Positions 9,241 to 18,652 are shown, counted from the first letter of the stretch. The stretch: DNA of 61,688 bases from a virus (IMGVR_UViG_3300034104_001758:1-61688), one strand, 5' to 3'. Translations and numbers: made by a program. Notes: a model not told the origin generated them from the letters alone.

Positions 9241-10845
9241 ATGCGTTTAGTAGACCGATTAATCTCGGCTGACCCCAAAGAGCGGATGCACATTTACGCA
9301 TCGCTATCCCCACAGGAGCGCGGTGCCCTAAATGCGTTACTAGAAGACGAGATAAATAACCCGTGGTCACGGTTTGAAAAGAATCCAGTTGGATTTATTC
9401 AGGACGGCATGGGGGAAGTTCTATGGTCACGACAAAAGGAAATTGCTCAGGCATTAATTGAAAACCAGCGTGTAGCCGTACCCGCGTGCCATGGACCTGG
9501 AAAGTCTCACCTCGCCGCTCGTATTGTTGCTTGGTGGGTATCTTCACATCCAGTTGGAACATCTCTTGCAATTACGATTGCCCCTACACATCGTCAGGTG
9601 CGAAACATTATCTGGCCGCACATTCGTAGAGCGGCGTCACAGGCGGGGCTTGACGGTGAGGTATTAACCCAGACATGGAAACGAAACGGGGATACAGTTG
9701 CATACGGATTCTCCCCTGCTGACCACGATGAATCGGCGGTACAGGGTATCCATATGCCTAACCTGCTAATCGTTGTTGATGAAGCAGGTGGTATTGGTGC
9801 AAAAATTGGTCAGTCCCTTGAAGCGCTTATGACAGGTGGAAATACCCGATTACTACTATTGGGAAACCCACCGACAGACCAAGAGGATTCGTGGTTTGAG
9901 CGTGCTTGTAATTCTCCGCTATACAAAACGATTCCGATTAGCGTTTATGACACCCCAAACTTTACGGGTGAGGAAACGGGTAATTGCACATCTTGTCCGT
10001 CAAACATTCCTAAGCACAAAGTTTCGACACACCTTGTTGACCAAAGATGGACAGATGACGTCATTAGCGAATTTGGAGCAGATTCCCCATTCGTTGAAGC
10101 GCGTGTTCACGCAAGATTCCCTAGAGCGGTATCTAACAAAGTTATCCCATTCTTTTGGTGTGAGATGGCGTCAGAGAATGAACAACCAGCCCAATCAGAG
10201 GTTGTTCGCTTAGGAGTTGACGTTGCATCGGATGGCGGTGACGAATTCGTAATAGCCAAGATGGACGGATACGCGGTATCGGTAATTCATAAGTCCAGCG
10301 GAGCACAGAATCAAAACGCAATGGACGTAGCATCGGTAGTAGCGGAACAAGTAAAGAAAGCGGTGAAAATTCATGCTGAACGCGCTGTTGAACAACCAGT
10401 ACACGTCAAAATTGACTCTATTGGTGTTGGTTGGGGTGTCGTATCTATTTTGCAAAAGTGGAAAGAGGAGCAAAACTGGAACGCGAAAATAATTGGGGTC
10501 AATGTCGCCGAACGCGCTAACGACCAAGACAAGTTTAAAAACCAGCGGGCTGAAATGTGGTGGAACGGGCGACAGATGCTACAACCAGATGCAGAAAACC
10601 GACAAGATTTAAAGTTAGACATTGACCGTCCAACAATGGCTCAGTTATCGTCCCCTACTTTTAAATCCGATTCTGCTGGTCGTATTCAGATTGAAGCCAA
10701 GGCTGAAATGAAGCGCCGTGGTGTTACATCCCCTGACCGCGCTGAAGCCGTATTGTTAGCAATGTATGAACCAGCCAAGGGCAGAGAACCGCTACCAGTT
10801 GTTCCCGTTTCGCTTGGTCAAAGTAACGATTGGAAAATGTTTTGA
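9241..10845 (+). CDS. terL: terminase large subunit
   Basis: Walker A ACHGPGKS, Walker B LIVVDEA, GNP, nuclease GVDVA..GGD, SPDRAEA. Confidence 0.92.
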   Translation: MRLVDRLISADPKERMHIYASLSPQERGALNALLEDEINNPWSRFEKNPVGFIQDGMGEVLWSRQKEIAQALIENQRVAVPACHGPGKSHLAARIVAWWVSSHPVGTSLAITIAPTHRQVRNIIWPHIRRAASQAGLDGEVLTQTWKRNGDTVAYGFSPADHDESAVQGIHMPNLLIVVDEAGGIGAKIGQSLEALMTGGNTRLLLLGNPPTDQEDSWFERACNSPLYKTIPISVYDTPNFTGEETGNCTSCPSNIPKHKVSTHLVDQRWTDDVISEFGADSPFVEARVHARFPRAVSNKVIPFFWCEMASENEQPAQSEVVRLGVDVASDGGDEFVIAKMDGYAVSVIHKSSGAQNQNAMDVASVVAEQVKKAVKIHAERAVEQPVHVKIDSIGVGWGVVSILQKWKEEQNWNAKIIGVNVAERANDQDKFKNQRAEMWWNGRQMLQPDAENRQDLKLDIDRPTMAQLSSPTFKSDSAGRIQIEAKAEMKRRGVTSPDRAEAVLLAMYEPAKGREPLPVVPVSLGQSNDWKMF

Positions 10846-11546
10846 TGTCCTTTAAAAGCATCGTTGAGATGTTTAAGTATGATTCTTCAGAACAACCTTT
10901 CGTGGAGGAAGCAATGCGCTTAAAAAAAGCCGATGAAATAATGTCCGAGATTGAAGCACGGACACAAGCGCTACAAGAACGCCTTGCAAAGCACGGCACA
11001 CACGACCAAGAAGACCATGGTGGCAAGAATAAGCGCCCACGCCCAATGCCAACAACACCAGCGCCAAAGCCTGACCGCCCAAAGCCTGATGTAACACTGC
11101 CAACAAATCCAGCAAAGCCTGACCTTCCAAAGCCTTCTCCGAAACCAGAGCGTCCGAAACCAGAACGCCCAAAGCCCGACAAAACATTGCCAAGAAACCC
11201 AAACAGCCCAAGTCCAGAAGAACAGGCACGAGAGCGCCTTGAACAAGAGATTGAAGAAAAAAGGAAAAAAGACGAAGCGGCTAGACGAAAACTTGAAGAA
11301 CAAATGGGTCAAGTAAAAAAAGAACAAGGAATTAAACTTGGCTCAATGGTTACTTGGGGGTCAAGCGGTGGAACAGCAAAAGGTAAAGTTGTACGCATTA
11401 CCAAGGGTTCACTAGATGTTCCAGATTCCAGTTTCACAATTAAGGGTGAGGAAGATAACCCTGCCGTTTTAATTCGTATCTACAAAGACGGTAAGCCAAC
11501 AGACAAAATGGTTGGTCACAAAATGGATACTTTAAGAAAAATGTAA
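10845..11546 (+). CDS. protein with degenerate His tag, Pro/Lys-rich linker and C-terminal Tudor-like (DUF2945/Hva1-like) domain
   Basis: LAKHGTHDQEDHG; PKPERPKP repeats; VTWGSSGGTAKGKV...VGHK. Confidence 0.65.
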   Translation: MSFKSIVEMFKYDSSEQPFVEEAMRLKKADEIMSEIEARTQALQERLAKHGTHDQEDHGGKNKRPRPMPTTPAPKPDRPKPDVTLPTNPAKPDLPKPSPKPERPKPERPKPDKTLPRNPNSPSPEEQARERLEQEIEEKRKKDEAARRKLEEQMGQVKKEQGIKLGSMVTWGSSGGTAKGKVVRITKGSLDVPDSSFTIKGEEDNPAVLIRIYKDGKPTDKMVGHKMDTLRKM

Positions 11547-11548
11547 TT

Positions 11549-11947
11549 ATGCTTAAAGACAAACTAAAGCAGTTAGACGAGCGGATGAATTCACTATCCG
11601 AAAGCCTTAACAAAAGTGCTGACATTGATTTAAAGCCAACAGAAACCATGGCTAACAATGCCAAGCGCGGTCTTGAATTACGCAGAGAATTTGGACGCGG
11701 TGGTACAGCCGTAGGTGTAGCCCGCGCACGTCAACTTTCTAATCGCTCAGAGTTAAGCCCTGAAACCGTAGCGAGAATGTATTCATTCTTCTCTCGTCAC
11801 GAAGTAGACAAACAGGGTAAGGATTGGGACAACGCAGAAAGACCATCAAACGGAAAAATTGCTTGGCTCCTATGGGGCGGAGATTCAGGCTATGCTTGGT
11901 CTCGTCAAAAATGGGAAGCAATTAAGAGAGCACGAGGAGAAAAATAA
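11549..11947 (+). CDS. conserved phage head-associated domain protein
   Basis: GGTAVGVARARQL...RMYSFFSRH...IAWLLWGGD, recalled as often fused to head-morphogenesis proteins. Confidence 0.6.
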   Translation: MLKDKLKQLDERMNSLSESLNKSADIDLKPTETMANNAKRGLELRREFGRGGTAVGVARARQLSNRSELSPETVARMYSFFSRHEVDKQGKDWDNAERPSNGKIAWLLWGGDSGYAWSRQKWEAIKRARGEK

Positions 11948-12162
11948 TGGCTAAAACTTTTGAATGGTTCGATACTAACGACCTCTACTACGATGCCTAT
12001 TTGGTTTTTGAAGATGGCGTTCGTACAGGTGCTTACCTTGTACCAGAGGGCATAACTGGAGAGCAATACGATAATGCTTTAAATTCAGCAACAACAAAAC
12101 TTTTGGCTTTAGGTTTTACAGAATTAGAAATACAGGCATTACTAGGTAGACAACTTTTCTAA
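11947..12162 (+). CDS. hypothetical protein
   Basis: GAGGAG RBS; KLLALG.TE.EI.AL tail. Confidence 0.6.
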   Translation: MAKTFEWFDTNDLYYDAYLVFEDGVRTGAYLVPEGITGEQYDNALNSATTKLLALGFTELEIQALLGRQLF

Positions 12163-12269
12163 TGATTGAGTGCGATGCTTGCGGGCATTTCTTTTCTCCA
12201 GTAGCAACACGATGGTTATGCCCTAATTGCAAATTCAAGGCGTCATGCTGTGAGGGCGAACCACAATAG
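12162..12269 (+). CDS. small zinc-finger protein (35 aa)
   Basis: Hand-translated MIECDACGHFFSPVATRWLCPNCKFKASCCEGEPQ; TAATG coupling. Confidence 0.55.
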   Translation: MIECDACGHFFSPVATRWLCPNCKFKASCCEGEPQ

Positions 12270-12335
12270 GCGTGTCCACTTTGAAGTGTCATTGAGTTGA
12301 CTTAAAGTAAAGACGTCAACGAAAGTGGGGAAACT

Positions 12336-12587
12336 TTGGACATCTTAAAAGCACGTTCAATCATGGCTCGAATGGTTGCGCTTATCATCATGCAGATGAT
12401 GGGAGCAATTGGTTCTGGAGCAGTTTTAGGTTTAGAAGTATGGCAGTCGGCAGTAATGGCTGGCGTTATGGGTGTCGCAACCGTAGCCGAAGCACTAGCA
12501 CGCGCATACATGGTGGATGGAAACATAAGCACATCCGAAATTGACGCATCGTTTAACAAAATGAATAAGGGAGACACAGATGCCTAA
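12336..12587 (+). CDS. holin (putative)
   Basis: Two TM segments, directly upstream of the endolysin. Confidence 0.65.
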   Translation: MDILKARSIMARMVALIIMQMMGAIGSGAVLGLEVWQSAVMAGVMGVATVAEALARAYMVDGNISTSEIDASFNKMNKGDTDA

Positions 12588-13302
12588 TCCAGTTGCAAAA
12601 CCAAAAATTTCACAGCCTTGGGGACGTCCTAATCCACGTTACTCAGCAAAGCGTCACACTGGTATTGATTACGCCATGCCAGTGGGAACCCCAGTTCTTG
12701 CAGTTGCCGATGGTGTTATCTCCAACGTATTGACAGACAAATCATACGGCGAGGTAGTAGTGCTAAAGGCAGACAAGTATGAAATCTGGTATTGCCACCT
12801 ATCTGTTAAGGGTGCCAAGAAAGGTCAGAAAGTTTCTGCTGGACAGGAAATTGGAAAATCTGGTAACACTGGAAATTCCACAGGTCCTCATCTTCACCTA
12901 GAAACACGCATTGCACCTTTCCGTTATGGAAACGATGTCTCGTGCCCATTCATTGAAGACCCAGCAACAGTTGACCCAAAGGCTCCTGCTGACCGCAAGG
13001 TTAAATTACTTTCAAAGGTAGTTGCAAAGGTAACGCCTTCAAAGGCTCCTGCTACCAAAGTGGTAGTGGCTGGAAACGTAAAGTTCGGTGCAACAAATGA
13101 AGACATCAAGGTTGTTCAGTCTGCTCTTGTTGACCTTATTGGTGCGTCAATCACTATTGACGGCAAATACAGCGAAACAACAAAAGTCGCCTACAAAAGA
13201 TGGCAAGAAAAACTCGGTTACAAGGGCACGGACGCTGACGGCATTGCTGGCGCTAAGTCCCTTGGAGAACTGGGAAAGAAATACGGCTTCAAGGTTAACT
13301 AA
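12580..13302 (+). CDS. endolysin: M23 peptidase plus peptidoglycan-binding domain
   Basis: HTGID, YCHL, GNTGNSTGPHLHLE; C-terminal DG.Y...T...WQ..LG.....ADG.AG. Confidence 0.9.
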   Translation: MPNPVAKPKISQPWGRPNPRYSAKRHTGIDYAMPVGTPVLAVADGVISNVLTDKSYGEVVVLKADKYEIWYCHLSVKGAKKGQKVSAGQEIGKSGNTGNSTGPHLHLETRIAPFRYGNDVSCPFIEDPATVDPKAPADRKVKLLSKVVAKVTPSKAPATKVVVAGNVKFGATNEDIKVVQSALVDLIGASITIDGKYSETTKVAYKRWQEKLGYKGTDADGIAGAKSLGELGKKYGFKVN

Positions 13303-13769
13303 TGTCAGCAAAGAAAATGCTGATAATTGCAATTGTTACTAGCGCGTTATTAAGTTCTTCTGTTGCGTCAAAAGCGTCATCAGTAGAACCGTATCTTGTT
13401 GCTAAAGCAAAAGTAAGTGGCATACAAAAAAGTGAAAAAGACCAAAAGGCTAATGGCAAATGGCAAAACTTTGGTGGGATTGAACCGTTTAAATTAAATG
13501 GTAATCGCACATTATTTTTTGCACAGTTGCACATTAACTGCACTAAAAGACCTAAGTATGTAAAAATTCGTCTCGCTCGATTACTGCCAAACGGTAAAAA
13601 AGATACAACGGGTACAACTACTTGGTCATTTACTAAAGACACAACAAAAGACTGGCAAGGCTCACTATGGTGGGAGTCAAAAACGGAGTATCCGATTGTG
13701 GCTCAATTTAAAGTAGTGGGCGGTAAATGTTATTCAGACCAACGACAATTAAAATGGTGGCAACCTTAA
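13302..13769 (+). CDS. secreted hypothetical protein
   Basis: Signal peptide; weak similarity to 19393-19797. Confidence 0.6.
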   Translation: MSAKKMLIIAIVTSALLSSSVASKASSVEPYLVAKAKVSGIQKSEKDQKANGKWQNFGGIEPFKLNGNRTLFFAQLHINCTKRPKYVKIRLARLLPNGKKDTTGTTTWSFTKDTTKDWQGSLWWESKTEYPIVAQFKVVGGKCYSDQRQLKWWQP

Positions 13770-13770
13770 A

Positions 13771-15273
13771 ATGAAAAAAGCATTTCGACTAGCACTCGCT
13801 TCTTCTCTAGTTGGAATCTTCATGGTAATAACCCCAGCCCATGCTGATGTAGTTTGTAATACTTACACCTATACGGGACACGATGACAGCGCCTATTCAG
13901 CCAATCTGCCGTTTACGCTTAAATTAGGATTGACCGAATACGACCAAGTATTTATCACAACTAATGGCACATTAACTTTTGGTCAACCCGATGCTAATTT
14001 TTCGTCTTACCCAAATACCCCAAGTGTTTCAGTTGCAGGTTATGACTGGGTAACTTTTGGTGAAGGTGCTTATGTTTCGTTTGGGTCAACCGAAAATACT
14101 TTATGTGTTGAATGGAGCCTTCGCCCATACCCACAATCAACAGGCGACCTTACGCAAATTCGTTTAGTAATTAACAAATACCCGAATGGCACTTGGCACG
14201 GAGAAGTTACAACTTTTGGTTGGTTGCCAAATGATTTACGGCGTGGTATTCGTTACATTCAAGGGGAACCAGTTGTAACTATTGAAGGTGCCTTTGATGT
14301 TGGAGACGGCGGTGTGCCTATAGAAGTAACGCCAGCCCCAACGCCTTCATCATTTACAGAGCCACCAGTTGTCCCTACGCAAACACCCGAACCAACGGTA
14401 GAGCCGACTATTGAGCCAAGCCCTGAGCCTAGTGAATCACCAACGCCAGTAGTAACGCCAAGCGTTACCCCTGAGCCAACAGTTGAGCCTAGCCCGTCAG
14501 AAACTCCTGAACCAACACCATCGCCAACATTAACAGTGGAACCAACACCGACTCCAGAGCCAAGTACACCACAGCCAACACCAACAGAGACACCGACACA
14601 AACACCATTGCCAACGCCAACGCCAACAATAGTTGTAGAACCGTCTCTCGCACCTGTCGCTCCTGTAATAACCCCTGAGCCAACAATAGAGCCAACGGTA
14701 GAACCATCACCAGAACCGACACCGACAGCACCAAATTTAGAGCCAGATTTTGTGCCAACATCCGCTGAAGCGCAAGAAGTTATTGATGACGCAATTTTAG
14801 ACGGTGAGATTACAAGCGCCGAAGCAGAAATTGTTATTGAGAATCTTTTAGCCGATGGTGAGTTGACTACTAACGAAGTAGAAAACCTATCTAGCGATTT
14901 ACAGGCTGATGGCGTATTGAGCGATGATGAAAAAGAATTGCTGGCAGATTTGCTTACAGAGCAATACGCAGATACCTCAGTTCCGTTTGAAGCCTTTGAA
15001 GCATCGGGTTTGGATTACGAAGATTTGCCACCTGAGCAACCGATTACTTTGGAAAACGGCGTAATCATTACAGCCGTAGTTGCAGACGCTATTGAAATCT
15101 TTGACAGCGTAGGAGAAGCGCTAGGAACTATTTTTAGCGACCCTTCAAAAGCACTGACAGCCTTAACAAGTGTCGGAGCAGACATGACCCCTGAATCCCG
15201 CGAAACGTCTCAAAATGTCGTGGTGTCAGCGGTGGTCGTTGCCCAAATTGCACAAGTTAGGAAAATCAATTAA
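13771..15273 (+). CDS. exported Pro/Thr/Glu-rich protein
   Basis: Signal peptide (AHA-D), N-terminal beta domain, long EPT/PTP stalk, acidic C-terminal region. Confidence 0.75.
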   Translation: MKKAFRLALASSLVGIFMVITPAHADVVCNTYTYTGHDDSAYSANLPFTLKLGLTEYDQVFITTNGTLTFGQPDANFSSYPNTPSVSVAGYDWVTFGEGAYVSFGSTENTLCVEWSLRPYPQSTGDLTQIRLVINKYPNGTWHGEVTTFGWLPNDLRRGIRYIQGEPVVTIEGAFDVGDGGVPIEVTPAPTPSSFTEPPVVPTQTPEPTVEPTIEPSPEPSESPTPVVTPSVTPEPTVEPSPSETPEPTPSPTLTVEPTPTPEPSTPQPTPTETPTQTPLPTPTPTIVVEPSLAPVAPVITPEPTIEPTVEPSPEPTPTAPNLEPDFVPTSAEAQEVIDDAILDGEITSAEAEIVIENLLADGELTTNEVENLSSDLQADGVLSDDEKELLADLLTEQYADTSVPFEAFEASGLDYEDLPPEQPITLENGVIITAVVADAIEIFDSVGEALGTIFSDPSKALTALTSVGADMTPESRETSQNVVVSAVVVAQIAQVRKIN

Positions 15274-15449
15274 TGAAATGGGTTAAAAAATACCTAAAGG
15301 AAATTACCGCCGAGACTTACACTTTTGTCGGATTGCTAATCGCTTACTTTACGCTGGAAGGCTCCGCACGCAAGATTACTGGAATGATTATCATTCTTGG
15401 TCTGGGTGTCTGGTTGCTATCGTTGCCATTGAGAGACGAAGATGAGTAA
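15273..15449 (+). CDS. small 2-TM membrane protein (58 aa)
   Basis: Hand-translated MKWVKKYLKEITAETYTFVGLLIAYFTLEGSARK...; coupled to both neighbours. Confidence 0.65.
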   Translation: MKWVKKYLKEITAETYTFVGLLIAYFTLEGSARKITGMIIILGLGVWLLSLPLRDEDE

Positions 15450-15968
15450 ATGACTACACCGAATTTAATTACCAAAGGCGAAGGCTTAATTGGGAAACTA
15501 ATTACCAATAACGGAATTGTTTTTAACGATGCGACAACGCTTAACACTGGATTAGTAGAAAGCCCTTTTACCGTTGATGGCGGAACCAAGGGAACCGCTC
15601 CTACCTTTAATGGCGCTCCGTTATTTACTGGGTCGTACATAAAAATAGGAAACTTAGTTCATTTCGAAATTCAGGTAGACATGGACAACATCACAAGTTT
15701 TGGCACGGGTCAGTATTTTGTTTCTTTGCCGTTTCCAGCCAAGTATCCTTACAAGTTTCGTGAAGGTTGCTTGCACGACATTTCGGCTAGTAGAGATTAT
15801 GAAATCGGTGGACACGTCTTAGCCAATTCAACAGAGTTGCTGTTAAGCAGTGTAGATTCCCAAGGAAATACTACTTTTGATGTCGCCTTTACGTCTACGT
15901 CCCCGATAACTCTTGCGGTTGCTGATAATTTCCACGTTTCTGGAACCTACATTGCGAGCGATGATTAA
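15450..15968 (+). CDS. beta-rich protein resembling a tail-fibre C-terminal domain
   Basis: GSYIKIGNLVHF...G.GQY..SLPF...SGTY. Confidence 0.55.
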   Translation: MTTPNLITKGEGLIGKLITNNGIVFNDATTLNTGLVESPFTVDGGTKGTAPTFNGAPLFTGSYIKIGNLVHFEIQVDMDNITSFGTGQYFVSLPFPAKYPYKFREGCLHDISASRDYEIGGHVLANSTELLLSSVDSQGNTTFDVAFTSTSPITLAVADNFHVSGTYIASDD

Positions 15969-16005
15969 ATCGCTATACTAATTCTGGGAAGTTCGAAGAA
16001 AGACC

Positions 16006-16047
16006 GCCCACCTCTAATTCTTTCGGGACTTTAGAGGTGGGCTTTCT
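16006..16047. terminator. bidirectional terminator between convergent genes
   Basis: GCCCACCTCTAA / TTAGAGGTGGGC stem. Confidence 0.7.
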
Positions 16048-16049
16048 TA

Positions 16050-16199
16050 TTACTTTTTGCCAAGAGCCTTCTTGTGATTATCCCTAGCGCATTTACCACA
16101 AACAGTATTTGCAAAATAACCTAGAGCGTCCTCGTGACCGCAAGTTGCTTTTAGTTCAATTGGCTTATCGAAGCCAACACCAATAACTTGAATCTCCAT
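16050..16199 (-). CDS. small Cys/His protein (49 aa)
   Basis: Hand-translated MEIQVIGVGFDKPIELKATCGH...VCGKC; coupled to 16199-16456. Confidence 0.55.
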   Translation of the reverse strand: MEIQVIGVGFDKPIELKATCGHEDALGYFANTVCGKCARDNHKKALGKK

Positions 16200-16456
16200 T
16201 ACGCTTCCACCTTCTCTAGGATGTCCCAGCCATGCTGACGCAAATCGCTGTAGTGAATAAATAGGTCTTCCGATTCGACATTGATAATTTTGTATCCGAT
16301 GTCTGGAAGTTGTACGCCGTTATCAAGGATTCGTCCAGCCTTGGGGTAGTCAATAACTTTCCAGACGTCACCATTTTGATTAGCGATGTCGAAGTAACGA
16401 ACAAAGTCGTTTATGTCTGCGACACCATTTGCCTTGCGGATTGATTTAAATTTCAT
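16199..16456 (-). CDS. hypothetical early protein
   Basis: Preceded by the repeated promoter and GAAGGGAG on the minus strand. Confidence 0.7.
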   Translation of the reverse strand: MKFKSIRKANGVADINDFVRYFDIANQNGDVWKVIDYPKAGRILDNGVQLPDIGYKIINVESEDLFIHYSDLRQHGWDILEKVEA

Positions 16457-16462
16457 GTCTTG

Positions 16463-16499
16463 CTCCCTTCAGTTTGATAGTACCACAACCTTGGTTTAG
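16463..16499 (-). promoter_or_regulatory. CTAAACC repeat promoter
   Basis: Reverse complement CTAAACCAAGGTTGTGGTACTAT...GAAGGGAG. Confidence 0.7.
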
Positions 16500-16693
16500 T
16501 TGTGGCACTCACATTCACACTTAACAACTTGACCAGCCTTAGTTCCAAGCGAGTGAACAATCTCAGCAGGACAGCCCGCGTGATTTTTCACTTCCTCGAC
16601 ACCACCACACCAGCCGAACTTTTTAGATGGCTCAACGCCTTTTGGTAATGGACGCGGTGATAATCCCACTTCTAGCACTCCTGACTTTTTCAT
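16496..16693 (-). CDS. small Cys-rich protein
   Basis: WC...H.GC...CECECH; ATGA coupling with 16690-16830. Confidence 0.6.
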   Translation of the reverse strand: MKKSGVLEVGLSPRPLPKGVEPSKKFGWCGGVEEVKNHAGCPAEIVHSLGTKAGQVVKCECECHN

Positions 16694-16830
16694 ACCGATA
16701 CCTCCCGTTTGGACAACTCGAACAAAATTTCCTGAGCAATCTGCTTTTGCTTGGAAGCAAATTCTTCATAGACCTTGATAGCAACCTCGTAAGCCTTTTG
16801 GCTGGCTTCTTGGATTTCTGACTTGTTCAT
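16690..16830 (-). CDS. small hypothetical protein (46 aa)
   Basis: Hand-translated MNKSEIQEASQKAYEV...; GAAGGGAG RBS. Confidence 0.6.
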   Translation of the reverse strand: MNKSEIQEASQKAYEVAIKVYEEFASKQKQIAQEILFELSKREVSV

Positions 16831-16835
16831 CGTGA

Positions 16836-16950
16836 CTCCCTTCTATAATTATTCTACCCCAGTTTAGACATTCTAAACATTCCCCTTTAAACAAAGGGAT
16901 TTATTTGGTGTTTAACTAAACCAAAGTTGTGGTACAATATTCCTGAAGGG
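16836..16950. promoter_or_regulatory. divergent pair of CTAAAC repeat promoters
   Basis: Minus strand CTAAACTGGGGTAGAAT..GAAGGGAG; plus strand CTAAACCAAAGTTGTGGTACAAT..GAAGGG. Confidence 0.7.
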
Positions 16951-16961
16951 TGGTGGTCACA

Positions 16962-17129
16962 TTGGCTAAACAATGTGTTGTGTCAGAAATTCCATGCGAG
17001 CAGTGTGGAGCGGAGATGGTTTTGTTGGCAAAGAAAGTTGCTAACGGCGAAATCATTAATTGGTGGTCTTGCGTTGAATTCGGTATGCAATACCAGCACG
17101 TTGCAGTTTATGAAAAGGTGGGTGCATAA
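16962..17129 (+). CDS. small zinc-ribbon protein (55 aa)
   Basis: Hand-translated MAKQCVVSEIPCEQCG...; same GGTGGTCACA leader as 27096 and 50150. Confidence 0.6.
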   Translation: MAKQCVVSEIPCEQCGAEMVLLAKKVANGEIINWWSCVEFGMQYQHVAVYEKVGA

Positions 17130-17723
17130 ATGCTTAAAGCACAAATGGATGCTGACCCAGCGATTACTTACCAGAATTTGATGACGGCTATCAAAGCAGA
17201 AAAGAAAGCAAAGCAAGAAGAGCGAAAAAATCTAGATACTAAATGGCATGGCGACATGAACATAAACGCCGAAGCCAAAAAGATTTGGAAGATGCTTGAG
17301 CCGTGGCACAAAGGTAAGCCATTACCGCCAGTGCACATTGTTCAACACACTGGCAGGGGTCGCGTAGGTTGGGCACACGTCTCGCAACAATGGAAAGGAA
17401 TCTATGTAAAGAAAACTTCTAATCAGATTGATTTCTGGACAACGCTGTTGCACGAGTTGACCCACATGGCTGTCGGTAGTCGCAGAAACGACAACGGCGG
17501 TAGATGCTGGCATGACCGTGATTTCTACATGGCAATGCGCGAAGTCACCCAAAACAGGTGGAAGTGCAAAATCTCTTACGCCAAGGTTGGCAAGTGGGGC
17601 TATGACGTTGACAAGATGATTCGTGAGCAATTGCGCGAGCAGGATGCAATTAAGTTAAAGCCGAGAAAAGTGTCAGTGGTAGATGCCAAGATTGAATTAG
17701 TTCTTGAAGGGAGCAACGCATGA
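17130..17723 (+). CDS. SprT-like zinc metalloprotease domain protein
   Basis: TLLHELTH...WHDRDFY. Confidence 0.65.
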   Translation: MLKAQMDADPAITYQNLMTAIKAEKKAKQEERKNLDTKWHGDMNINAEAKKIWKMLEPWHKGKPLPPVHIVQHTGRGRVGWAHVSQQWKGIYVKKTSNQIDFWTTLLHELTHMAVGSRRNDNGGRCWHDRDFYMAMREVTQNRWKCKISYAKVGKWGYDVDKMIREQLREQDAIKLKPRKVSVVDAKIELVLEGSNA

Positions 17724-17917
17724 TTCAAAATCTAGAAGTGGGACAGACGGTCTCATACAAATTGTCCAGCGGAATAAACCGATGGTGTGAAGTTACACAA
17801 ATCGGTTTGGAAAACGGTGAGTGGTATTTCCTAGGCAATGACAACAGCAAGTCGGGAGTCTGGGGATACGTCTCGCAGATTACTTTGGTACTAGACAGGG
17901 AGTTGGTAAGCCAATGA
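17720..17917 (+). CDS. hypothetical protein (SH3-like)
   Basis: GAAGGGAG RBS, ATGA coupling. Confidence 0.6.
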   Translation: MIQNLEVGQTVSYKLSSGINRWCEVTQIGLENGEWYFLGNDNSKSGVWGYVSQITLVLDRELVSQ

Positions 17918-18096
17918 GTAGCATGACGGGTTCGGGATTCGATTCCTACACAATTGCCATGACGGTTGATTGCCCCAATGAGAAGTGTAAGTTTGACGGG
18001 CTGACCGATGTATTTGTTGATGATGATAAGAATTACTGGTTTAAATGCGATAAATGCGACTTTGACGACAGGCTGAAAGATGATGTTCCGTTCTAA
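17914..18096 (+). CDS. small zinc-binding protein
   Basis: CPNEKC...CDKC. Confidence 0.6.
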   Translation: MSSMTGSGFDSYTIAMTVDCPNEKCKFDGLTDVFVDDDKNYWFKCDKCDFDDRLKDDVPF

Positions 18097-18129
18097 ACCA
18101 AAGTTGTGCTACAATTTTAGTGAAGGGAG
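18093..18129 (+). promoter_or_regulatory. CTAAACC repeat promoter
   Basis: CTAAACCAAAGTTGTGCTACAAT...GAAGGGAG. Confidence 0.7.
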
Positions 18130-18135
18130 AAAGAC

Positions 18136-18429
18136 ATGAAACTACTAACAAAAGCAATCGAAAAGAAACTGCCAGCGCTTTACTCAACAGACGGTCAAGG
18201 CTACGAAGCCGTGGCTCAGGTAAAGTTCTTTGCACTAGGTAGCAGTTGGACTTGGTACGCAACCGAGTTTGACGGCAAAGATACTTTCTTCGGTCTAGTA
18301 GACGGGTTCGAAAAAGAACTTGGATACTTCAGCCTAAAGGAACTAGAGAGTGTAAAGTTTCTAGGAATCCAAGGTATCGAGCGCGACATCAACTGGGAAC
18401 CGCGCAAGTTATCTGAACTTAAAAATTAA
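18136..18429 (+). CDS. DUF2958-like protein
   Basis: KFF...SSWTWYATE.....FFGLV.G.E.ELGYFSL.EL......IERD. Confidence 0.75.
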   Translation: MKLLTKAIEKKLPALYSTDGQGYEAVAQVKFFALGSSWTWYATEFDGKDTFFGLVDGFEKELGYFSLKELESVKFLGIQGIERDINWEPRKLSELKN

Positions 18430-18479
18430 ATAGAGAATTCCGTTTATGGATTATTTTGGACATTCGTAAACGGAAATCG

Positions 18480-18652
18480 CAACCCCAAGGAATTAACCGT
18501 ATGTAGCCCCTTGGGATTTTTGGAGGTGGGTTGCTCCGCCACTTGCGAACACGGAGCGCATTATTCAGCGGGTTCTTTAGCCCCCTTTCTAACCCGCTGG
18601 AACCCCTACAAAGTAGGGATGTCCTGAGCAAAGACATTAAAAGGCTCACTTT
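18480..18652 (+). ncRNA. candidate structured RNA (hairpins plus H-type pseudoknot)
   Basis: Intergenic; several perfect stems and GATGTC/GACATT plus GAGC/GCTC pseudoknot before a U-tract. Confidence 0.35.

Noticed and set aside
10724-11327. Minus-strand ORFs with GFGRSG repeats
   Set aside because: Antisense shadows of the PKP repeat gene.
14330-14760. Pro/Thr repeats as a non-coding repeat element
   Set aside because: Fully explained as a low-complexity coding stalk.
16927-17181. Track ORF of 84 aa
   Set aside because: It starts inside the promoter; 16962-17129 in another frame has the conserved leader and abuts the next gene.
18419-18649. Minus-strand 76-aa ORF
   Set aside because: No RBS, opposes the local gene direction and overlaps strong RNA-like stems.
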